Positions 56,333 to 64,000 of a DNA stretch of 64,000 bases are shown here, piece after piece. Position numbers and translations under genes: made by a program. Numbering within the stretch: position 1 is the stretch's first letter; every line of letters begins with the position of its first letter. Under the pieces are notes generated by a model. It did no database searches and had not been told where the DNA came from. It worked only from the letters and a program-made list of their open reading frames with translations. This DNA is from a virus: positions 3,248-67,247 of the IMG/VR virus record IMGVR_UViG_3300035698_016083. One strand, 5' to 3'.

Positions 56333-58831
56333 TTATGCTACTGAGAAACCTTTATTCCAAGTGTGTACTATTTGTATATCAGGACGTCTCCATTCGCTTT
56401 CATCATAGTGTATGAAGGTTGGATAGCCACCGATTCCTACTACTACATTCCGTTCGATTGCATTTGCTTTTAGAATAGACACATACTGATTATATAATGA
56501 TGGATGTGTGTTCGGGAATAGACGCTCACCGCCAAGAACTAAATAGTGATCTGCTGCGTGACCTGGTGGATGGTTTTGTGTTCCACTCGATCTTGGTGCA
56601 CGTCCACCGTTTGGTGTTATTTGTACTGAATAGCCAGAACCTAATTGTGCTGCCGCAATTGATATCGCATCAATTATATTTTGATCAGGCATACCACTCG
56701 TTTCACCTTTTATAACTGGTGCTCCTGTTCCTTGTCCTGGTTCGGCAAGTAGATCTATTAGATCATTCGCCGTGGTTTGACCATTGAATTGTGTGGTTGC
56801 ATTTCTAGAGAAACTACCAGTAAATTCTTCGCTCAACGTTGGCATTGTTAATATGATTCTCGCCACCATATTACCTGTTGGATCGTATGTATTATAATCT
56901 AGAATGATTGACTCATAATGATTGAACGATCTCCAGTATTGTGCAAGTTTAAATGTTTTGTATGGATCTATTGAGCCTGTTCGGTCTCTTAGAGAATAAA
57001 CAATTGTTCTTCCTTCAAGTGATGATTCGGCAAGTGAGCCAGAACCGATAGTCTCATTTGGATCTTTGCGATAGACACCTTCTTCAACTGTTAGTCTCCA
57101 ACCCTCAAATCTCTCACCAAGATTATGGAATTGTGCTTGCAGATATAGATGACGAGCAATATTATTCTTTTCTTCACGTGTGAATGTGTCGAGTGAAGCC
57201 GGATCATTACCTGCAAAGAATTGGCCGACTGTTACGCCAGGTCCGAGTGGTAATGATAATGTAATATTATTACCGGTTGGATCGTACTGATCAGGTATGA
57301 ATTCTTTTCTAGTTGCTGGTTCACTATCATATAATGCTGCAACGCTGGAACCACCGATTGGTGTGATACCTCTTACTCCTGCCGGTGCGCCAACATTAGA
57401 TACTGATGTTGGGTTAACATTTACATATCCTGGATTCAATTTGCCTTCAGTGATTTGTGTATTGATAAACTCAGAAGAACCGGTTGCGTCTGTGTTCTTC
57501 ATCTTCGAAGCAACTTGTTTTGGTGTTAGTGTTCTGTCTGTTATATCACCGTTGTCAAAACCACGATCGATCATATTCTTAAGATTATCACCAACATCTA
57601 CTTTAACTTTCTTGGTACCTTTACTACTCTTATTGAGATATGATTCCATATTAGCTGCAGTAGGTTTTGCAGATTCTGTTGTATCCACTGGTTCTACAGC
57701 TAAACCACCTGTATCATTATTAACAATAGACCAACCAGGATCGCTACCAAGTCCTGCTGTATAAGAACCAGGTGAAACACCTACACCAGATGACGTGACA
57801 TACACACCATCATTATATGATTGGTGCAGTGATGTACCAGCAGTAATCGCCTCCTTCGCCAATCCATCAAGATCACCATTGAATGTTGGTGCATCAATAT
57901 TATCTGTTGCAAGTACAACTTTAGCTCTGACTGCATCGGATGCCGTGATTGTTTCTGAATATACTGTCTTGGATGCTTCCATTGTCTCAGCATATAATGT
58001 CTTTTCGAATCGTCCGTTGAAACCATAGAACTGAACGTTCTGTCCACCGATCGTACCTTCATCACCAGCGAGAGTCATGTTAGCTGCTGCTATATTCATA
58101 TTGGGTGATGTGATTACCATCTCACCTTCAGAAGTTGTTGATAGTATTCCTGAACTCGCAATGATCATATCACCTTCAGATACCATTCTTGATTTACCTT
58201 TAGTAATCAACGAATGTCCAGCAAGATTAGTACTTACATTAGCACCAACTGTTGTTGAGTTGCGTGAGCCCTTTATGATTGATGTTAAAGAACCATCAAC
58301 GAATTCTCTCGATGCCATTCCAACCTTTTCAAGTTTAGAACCTTTTACATTAAGACTATAATTACCATCAACTGATACGTTGTGATCGCCCGTCACTTTG
58401 AGATCTAGATTACCCTTGTATATCATTGTGCCGTTGCCTTCAACGACTAGATTCTGATCACCCTTTGTGATTTCAATCTTATGATTTTTTGATACTAATA
58501 CTATCGATCCATCAGGCTTAAATTCTATTCCTGCTCCAGAGGAATGCATAATCAAATAACGTTCAGCACCTGGTGTATCGTCAGTTAGAACTACGTGTCC
58601 ACCTGCTGTTTCTCTGACCTGTACTCGTGGATAATGAGAACCCATCACTTCAGGTATTTCAACTTGAACACCATCAGGTGCACCACCAGTATCTAAATAA
58701 TAATTATTGACACCACGTGCAGCTCGATTGATAGATGATTTGTTTTCGTATTCTTTTCTCGGGAACTCACCGGATGTACCTGCAAATCCGTCTGGATGAA
58801 TACCTGTTGTTTCAATTTCTTCGGGTAACAT
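56333..58831 (-). CDS. gp5 C-terminal-like spike/beta-helix protein with M15 peptidase domain(s)
   Basis: YP.VQVRET.GGH....DDTPGAER....H.SG (gp5), VxG beta-helix repeats, C-terminal NHPPGHAAD...GIG.YPTFIHYD (Peptidase M15). Confidence 0.8.
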   Translation of the reverse strand: MLPEEIETTGIHPDGFAGTSGEFPRKEYENKSSINRAARGVNNYYLDTGGAPDGVQVEIPEVMGSHYPRVQVRETAGGHVVLTDDTPGAERYLIMHSSGAGIEFKPDGSIVLVSKNHKIEITKGDQNLVVEGNGTMIYKGNLDLKVTGDHNVSVDGNYSLNVKGSKLEKVGMASREFVDGSLTSIIKGSRNSTTVGANVSTNLAGHSLITKGKSRMVSEGDMIIASSGILSTTSEGEMVITSPNMNIAAANMTLAGDEGTIGGQNVQFYGFNGRFEKTLYAETMEASKTVYSETITASDAVRAKVVLATDNIDAPTFNGDLDGLAKEAITAGTSLHQSYNDGVYVTSSGVGVSPGSYTAGLGSDPGWSIVNNDTGGLAVEPVDTTESAKPTAANMESYLNKSSKGTKKVKVDVGDNLKNMIDRGFDNGDITDRTLTPKQVASKMKNTDATGSSEFINTQITEGKLNPGYVNVNPTSVSNVGAPAGVRGITPIGGSSVAALYDSEPATRKEFIPDQYDPTGNNITLSLPLGPGVTVGQFFAGNDPASLDTFTREEKNNIARHLYLQAQFHNLGERFEGWRLTVEEGVYRKDPNETIGSGSLAESSLEGRTIVYSLRDRTGSIDPYKTFKLAQYWRSFNHYESIILDYNTYDPTGNMVARIILTMPTLSEEFTGSFSRNATTQFNGQTTANDLIDLLAEPGQGTGAPVIKGETSGMPDQNIIDAISIAAAQLGSGYSVQITPNGGRAPRSSGTQNHPPGHAADHYLVLGGERLFPNTHPSLYNQYVSILKANAIERNVVVGIGGYPTFIHYDESEWRRPDIQIVHTWNKGFSVA

Positions 58832-58832
58832 A

Positions 58833-60035
58833 TTAACCTCTTGACTGTATTAATTCTGTAGGAGACAAAGATGCTAAATCAAATCCTATTTGAATATTAT
58901 CTTTATTGAATTTTGTTTTGACATATCTTGATACTGAAAATCCCGGCTCAATTTGATCTGCTTCGACCTCATTCAAACCAAATGCTTGACCACCAGGCCA
59001 AACTGTAAAGTATGCTGACATCAGCAGTTGAAATGATTTCAATTGTGCATTTGTTAATGACTCAGAAGCTAGATAGAAATCTGAATTAGATGTACCGGTT
59101 GGACAATTATATCCACCAACAAATGCAACCGATATAGAATATTGATCTCTGTTCTGTGTGTGATCGGCCACCTTATACATTTCTAAGCCACGTTGTATCG
59201 TACCATCTTTGCGAATAACTAAATGATATTTTAATCTATTATCTTGGGCTTCAATATCTTCGACACCGATCAGTCCTTGATCGCTATAATGTCTTGTCCA
59301 ATGAAACATTACCTCTGTTATATCTCGAGATGTTGCTCTGAACTCAGCTTCCAATTCTTGTTTAGATCCTATAATCGTATAGTTATTTGACACACCCAAT
59401 TTAAGTATATTAGATCTAGTGATAGGATTGCTGTCAATGAAATCATCCAATAGACTAGACAATGAGGCAAAGTTGGATAATGTACTAGACAATGATGATA
59501 TGAACCCACCGAGTTCTGAATTGAATAGGGTTGATGTTATTCCTGGCACTATGTTAGATATAGCCGACGAAACATATTGTGTTACTTGATCAGGTGATAC
59601 CGCTTCTAAAGCATTTTGTATTTCTTCCTGACCTTTACCTGTTACCTCAGTTAAAGCATCATTAATAGCTGAAGGTGTAACAGCACCAAATACTTCATTC
59701 AATGCACCATCAACAATACCACCACCTGTTATCGCATTAAGATCTGTTTCATCACCACCAATAACTGTGGTTAGAATATCTTGTACATCGGGAACGTTTG
59801 GTGTTATTGCACCAACTACAATATTTCTAAATTCTTCTGGAAGATTGATTGCGTCATTGCCGTCTGTTAATGCTTCGAAGCCACCAATTATCTCACCAAT
59901 CTCAGAACCCAATTGAGTACCATAGAATGCGAGTCTCTCGTTTATAGCTTCAGTTGCTGTGCTTCTGATCTTAGATATATCATCAAGCGATGATGCTTGT
60001 TTTAAGAATGAGTTGATATCGTTTAAGTCTGCCAT
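58833..60035 (-). CDS. Protein with a C-terminal T7-lysozyme-like amidase_2 domain
   Basis: VMFHWT, YHLVIRKDGTIQRG, H....SISVAFVGG, T.AQ and PGF. Confidence 0.78.
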   Translation of the reverse strand: MADLNDINSFLKQASSLDDISKIRSTATEAINERLAFYGTQLGSEIGEIIGGFEALTDGNDAINLPEEFRNIVVGAITPNVPDVQDILTTVIGGDETDLNAITGGGIVDGALNEVFGAVTPSAINDALTEVTGKGQEEIQNALEAVSPDQVTQYVSSAISNIVPGITSTLFNSELGGFISSLSSTLSNFASLSSLLDDFIDSNPITRSNILKLGVSNNYTIIGSKQELEAEFRATSRDITEVMFHWTRHYSDQGLIGVEDIEAQDNRLKYHLVIRKDGTIQRGLEMYKVADHTQNRDQYSISVAFVGGYNCPTGTSNSDFYLASESLTNAQLKSFQLLMSAYFTVWPGGQAFGLNEVEADQIEPGFSVSRYVKTKFNKDNIQIGFDLASLSPTELIQSRG

Positions 60036-60038
60036 GAT

Positions 60039-60950
60039 TTATCCATATTGTGTTAAGATCTGTTTAGCGCGATCAATTCTTTCTGTGATGTTACCCGTAC
60101 CGGCTGGACGTTCAAATTGATCTTTGAATACTGTAGTTGCTGTCTCGACATTCATTGATCGTGTGAGTGGACCGAGACCGAGAAACTCTTGTGTTGTTAG
60201 TTCATACATTAAATATAATAATTGTGCTTTCATTTCATCCCATGGTAAACTATGATTTGAAGCAAACTTTTGTAGCTTCTGTAATCTACCAATTGATGGA
60301 TTCCATTGAGCAATACCTCGTGATCGTTCTGATCCTCCTGCTTCAGCTTTAGGATTCATAAATGGTGGCGTGCCACCTAACGATACTCCCGACTCAACCG
60401 AGAGATTACCTACGATTCCTGCCGCTTGCCAATCAGTAAATCCAGCCTCAATAAAGAAATTGAAAGCAATCTCATTATTGTTGTTACCGGTGAGTCCGAT
60501 CGACGATAGTTCATTGTAGTTTTCAAGTTCTGCTAACGTGATATCCGACAAATCGTATTCAATTATACCATCAGGACCAACCTCACCGTATCCAGTTGTT
60601 CCTTGATTTATTGAGTTGGTTGAGAATACGTTTGGTCCTTCATATCTAGGTATCGTACCTAATACAATAGGAATCTGTGAACTCTTACCATCAGCAAATA
60701 TACCTATTACTGTAGCGGTCTCTTCAATTTGTGAATTAGCACCAATACCGGATACGCCACCTTCAGTTGGCGGTAATACTATACTCGCCCAAGGCAAATC
60801 TGCATCAGGTATATCAGCTCTATTGCCTGTGTGTATACCATGAATTCTTACTTGAACGCGGCTTATCATTAATGGATCACGAGTACTAATTACAACACCC
60901 ATCCACCACCTTGTATTATCACCGTAGAACTTATTTTCTATAATCTTCAT
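60039..60950 (-). CDS. gp5: gp5 N-terminal OB-fold fused to a phage tail lysozyme
   Basis: WWMGVV...DP....RVQVRIHGIH...LPWA (gp5 OB) plus AAGIVGNLSVES...GIAQW...FERP (phage tail lysozyme). Confidence 0.85.
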   Translation of the reverse strand: MKIIENKFYGDNTRWWMGVVISTRDPLMISRVQVRIHGIHTGNRADIPDADLPWASIVLPPTEGGVSGIGANSQIEETATVIGIFADGKSSQIPIVLGTIPRYEGPNVFSTNSINQGTTGYGEVGPDGIIEYDLSDITLAELENYNELSSIGLTGNNNNEIAFNFFIEAGFTDWQAAGIVGNLSVESGVSLGGTPPFMNPKAEAGGSERSRGIAQWNPSIGRLQKLQKFASNHSLPWDEMKAQLLYLMYELTTQEFLGLGPLTRSMNVETATTVFKDQFERPAGTGNITERIDRAKQILTQYG

Positions 60951-62314
60951 ACACCAATATCCACTCTAGGTTTTCCCCGTGGTCTCGTTGTACCTTCGAG
61001 ATTGGTAAGTTTAACACCAGTAACGCCTACATCATATCGTTCAGAGCTGAATGTGTGTCGCGCTGAATATATTAAATATTCTCCTGATTTCTTAATATCA
61101 ATTGAATCGTCCATATCTTTATGACCATCTGGTTGTATATTTTTAAGGAATCGTACCGGGATTGTTCGACCAACGCAATTACTACCTTTACCATTACTCA
61201 TTAATAGTGCACCAGGTATTTCAAAATCCATTGGGGATTTAGTAATAAATTGTCTCATGGATTTACTTATTGATTTGTTGTGATGATTTGAAGAATCAAA
61301 TATATTATTTACTAATGGATCTGTGTATATACCATTAGAGTATATCTGAGATGTGTGCGTCGAAGCAACATTATGTAGTCCATCCATAAACTCTTCATCA
61401 TATAACGGCGCATCCTGTGGTTTGATAGTACCAAAGTTTTTAATATTATTATATTGTTTATTGATATCAAATCTATATGTTGTATTGGCTGATGGTTTAA
61501 TTAGATTTATGAATTGATAATCAGCACCGATTGATCCATTCTTTATAAATTTAATTAGCTCTTCACTACGACTTACACGATATTTAGATATTATTCTACT
61601 CTGCTTTTCAAGTGATAATGCTCTAGTTTTAGCTGCTGCTGCTTGAGTATAAATGAAGGGCGAATTGTTATTAATTAGAATGTTTGAATCGTTAAGGATC
61701 TCAGATAGATTAGTAAGTTTCAATCTTTTCTCATCACCGAAACTAGAATACAAATAATATGGCATACCATTAGTATCAGTCAATCGATCTTTAATAAAGA
61801 ACATAGCTTCCATTGGTGTGAGATATGGAACAATTATTCTAAAATCCTTTTGAAATATATCACCGTCATAATCTAATGTTCTATCAAGCTCTCCATCATT
61901 TATTATATTCTCGAGGATAATGTTAGGTACGTTAGTGTACGATTTACTAATAGTTTTTGTTTCACTTTGAAAGTATGAATCTTCAATAAGATTCAACCCT
62001 ATAACTTCTGTGTTATCGTTAGTCTTGACAGCACCACCAATGCTGTGTATATTAAATCTTCTCTTGAATGATTTATTATCATCACTAGGTATTGAGATCT
62101 CAAGATCTATAAACTCTGCGCCAAGAAAATCAACACTATTGAATATATCATACGTATCAATAAATGTTAAATCGCCGGTTAAATATAGTTTGTCGATGCT
62201 CTCATATATATTGATCTGTACTATCATATCAGATATAGAATAAGGCTCAACTAATCTATCAGACGAGATGAGGGCTTTCTCAATTACATAGTCAAATGGT
62301 GTAAATTCTGGCAT
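60947..62314 (-). CDS. Baseplate hub protein (gp27-like)
   Basis: INIYESI....TGDL.FID...G.E and SGEYLIYSARHTF; lies between gp53 and gp5. Confidence 0.7.
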   Translation of the reverse strand: MPEFTPFDYVIEKALISSDRLVEPYSISDMIVQINIYESIDKLYLTGDLTFIDTYDIFNSVDFLGAEFIDLEISIPSDDNKSFKRRFNIHSIGGAVKTNDNTEVIGLNLIEDSYFQSETKTISKSYTNVPNIILENIINDGELDRTLDYDGDIFQKDFRIIVPYLTPMEAMFFIKDRLTDTNGMPYYLYSSFGDEKRLKLTNLSEILNDSNILINNNSPFIYTQAAAAKTRALSLEKQSRIISKYRVSRSEELIKFIKNGSIGADYQFINLIKPSANTTYRFDINKQYNNIKNFGTIKPQDAPLYDEEFMDGLHNVASTHTSQIYSNGIYTDPLVNNIFDSSNHHNKSISKSMRQFITKSPMDFEIPGALLMSNGKGSNCVGRTIPVRFLKNIQPDGHKDMDDSIDIKKSGEYLIYSARHTFSSERYDVGVTGVKLTNLEGTTRPRGKPRVDIGV

Positions 62315-63039
62315 TACTTAGCTTTCATAACTTTCTGAAATTCAGAGAATACACTGATAACACTATCAGCTTTAAGAATCTTTATATCTCTTAGCGCATC
62401 ATTATCTTCGGTATAATGTTCAGTGTGCGTCTTAGGTATATCAAAGATGCCTGGAGTACCGTGTGGATCTATATCAATATAAGTCCCATCGCTGTCTTCA
62501 TAATGATGAATCGCGTTGATCTCTTCAACCTGTGCAGCTAATTGAATTGAATTGAAATCCACGCCTTCGGTCGCCGTAATAACTTCTGTAGCTAGAAATG
62601 ATTTTGTTCCTGATATTACCAATTGACCTAGATCTAGATTCCTACTAAGGATCGTACCGGTCTCACCACTCGTTGAACCTGTAATCTCTGCACCAATTTT
62701 AAATACACCAGTCAAATCGTCTTGAGTAGTTAATACCGTATTTGGATGATTATATAATATAAGATCGGTTAATTTACTTTGTGTTAATGGCCATCCGGAT
62801 TCACGAATATGATCGTTGAGTAAGAAGAATGTCCAATAGTATTTTACATCACCATATAGCTCATTCGAGAGCGTATCTGGTCTATCATGTTGAAGAATAT
62901 GAATCTCCTCATAAAAACTAACATCATCAATTATAAGATCAATTATATCAGAATATGCAGACAAATCTTGAATCGAAGTGTTAAATGTCTCGTTACCAAA
63001 TTTATAGTTTACATAAGGGAAGTTTTTAAAATATGACAT
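62314..63039 (-). CDS. gp53: Baseplate wedge gp53
   Basis: YFKNFP...Y, RPDTLSNELYG...YYWTFFLLN, WPL and ND..R.IKILK. Confidence 0.9.
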   Translation of the reverse strand: MSYFKNFPYVNYKFGNETFNTSIQDLSAYSDIIDLIIDDVSFYEEIHILQHDRPDTLSNELYGDVKYYWTFFLLNDHIRESGWPLTQSKLTDLILYNHPNTVLTTQDDLTGVFKIGAEITGSTSGETGTILSRNLDLGQLVISGTKSFLATEVITATEGVDFNSIQLAAQVEEINAIHHYEDSDGTYIDIDPHGTPGIFDIPKTHTEHYTEDNDALRDIKILKADSVISVFSEFQKVMKAK

Positions 63040-63905
63040 TAGTAACCCTCCTCTACATCAGATCTGTTGAGTGTTTCGATCTCGGTGAAACTGATAGTCA
63101 TTTCAGTTTGAACTGGATTACCATCTTCGTGAAATGCCATTGAATTACTGTTATAGGTTGTATTTACACCAGAGAGTTGACAGAGTTTAAATTGATTAGC
63201 AAATCTTTGACCCTTTGCAACTACGTGGATTTTAAATACGTTTGGAAAATTGTACCCTCCTGGGGTTTCAACACCACTGGCAGATAATAATGATGGGTAT
63301 AATTCTGTTCTAAACATATTAATAATTTGTTTAATTCTTGTTGCCTCTTGTGAGGAAGTAGGTATCATGATAAAGGAGAATGTAAACACCCTAGTGTTAA
63401 CTCTATCAAATAGTGCAACGGTATATGGGTTTCTTGTTGCTCGAGCACCTGCTTGAACACCACCACGTTGACCCTGTTTGGTTTCTAAGAATGCTGCTGC
63501 TGCTTTAGATAATTCCCTAGTGTTACTGTTACCATCAAAAATAGATTTCATTATTGTGCTGCCGTCATCGAGAATCCCAGCCGCGACATCTCTTAATACG
63601 CCGAGACTCGATGTTCCTGCCTCCACACCAACTTTAGTAATCATACCAAGTTTACCTAGATCACCATTAGTATATGAGACTGCATCAGCTACCTGAAAGC
63701 CCTGGGGTAGATATAATGAAGCGGCTTTACCTTCTGGGAACGCATTACCATTCTCTATTTTATGAACATCAAATATTACAGAAGCACCGTTTCTTTGATT
63801 GTGGCCCATATTGTCATCAATAGGATAACTCAACATAGAAGTTCTATGCTTAGAAGATCTTACTTCAGATAGGGATCTTCCCTTATTACCGGTTGAAATT
63901 ACCAT
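63039..63905 (-). CDS. gp48: Baseplate tail-tube cap gp48
   Basis: LYLP, NPY...LF.....R.FTFSF.MIP.S..EA..I..II..FR and G.PVQ..M.ISF.EIE.L; TATAAATA at 63940-63947. Confidence 0.85.
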   Translation of the reverse strand: MVISTGNKGRSLSEVRSSKHRTSMLSYPIDDNMGHNQRNGASVIFDVHKIENGNAFPEGKAASLYLPQGFQVADAVSYTNGDLGKLGMITKVGVEAGTSSLGVLRDVAAGILDDGSTIMKSIFDGNSNTRELSKAAAAFLETKQGQRGGVQAGARATRNPYTVALFDRVNTRVFTFSFIMIPTSSQEATRIKQIINMFRTELYPSLLSASGVETPGGYNFPNVFKIHVVAKGQRFANQFKLCQLSGVNTTYNSNSMAFHEDGNPVQTEMTISFTEIETLNRSDVEEGY

Positions 63906-63956
63906 GACTTTCCTTAATATATAGTAGTATACTTTAGACTATTTATAGGAATTCTA

Positions 63957-64000
63957 ATGGCTTATTCTGGACCATACAAGGTTAAAAACAGAGAGAAATA
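63957..64000 (+). CDS. gp4: Head completion nuclease gp4, N-terminus (truncated by the window edge)
   Basis: MAYSGPYKVKNREK matches the gp4 start MAYSG.Y..KN..KY; divergent from gp48 as in T4-likes. Confidence 0.7.
   Translation, partial: MAYSGPYKVKNREK

Noticed and set aside
1-64000. tRNAs, introns/inteins, homing endonucleases, stop-codon reassignment
   Set aside because: No tRNA-like cloverleaf was noticed in the intergenic gaps. Core genes (gp17, gp20, gp23, gp46, uvsW) are normal length and uninterrupted, and TAA, TAG and TGA all end genes. Checked by eye only; tRNAscan/Infernal not run.

Overview
This window is about 64 kb of a T4-like myophage genome. It is AT-rich, uses the standard genetic code, and has T4-type TATAAATA late promoters plus sigma70-like TTTACA-N17-TA(T/C)AAT promoters. 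Positions 1-1014 are the 5' part of DNA polymerase gp43 (minus strand). Positions 1110-12488 are a plus-strand block (gp3, uvsY, uvsW, gp55, gp47, gp46, gp45, gp44, DexA-like exonuclease, glutaredoxin, gp62, regA, a small DUF1127-like gene) that appears inverted relative to the usual gp23-gp3...regA-gp43 order. Positions 13291-63905 are a minus-strand virion module: gp23, 22, 21, a 7-kb accessory insert, gp20, 19, 18, 17, 16, 15, 14, 13, fibre genes, a VrlC-like protein, gp8, 9, 7, 6, 25, a split gp5 with several muralytic domains, gp27-like, gp53 and gp48. The start of gp4 is at the right edge. Best candidate for an undescribed system: a late-expressed cassette of three GT-A glycosyltransferases, a SAM methyltransferase and a 2OG-Fe(II) oxygenase sits among the fibre genes, and neck, sheath, fibre and baseplate proteins carry recurrent D-S-[D/G/S/A] motifs. 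Together these suggest phage-encoded virion O-glycosylation with its own sequon (inference). Other observations: an 11-bp duplication frameshifting a 725-aa structural gene, T4 IP-like internal head proteins, an orphan antisense promoter, and a repeat-rich non-coding region upstream of gp25. All calls come from motif recognition and synteny by eye; no searches were run.
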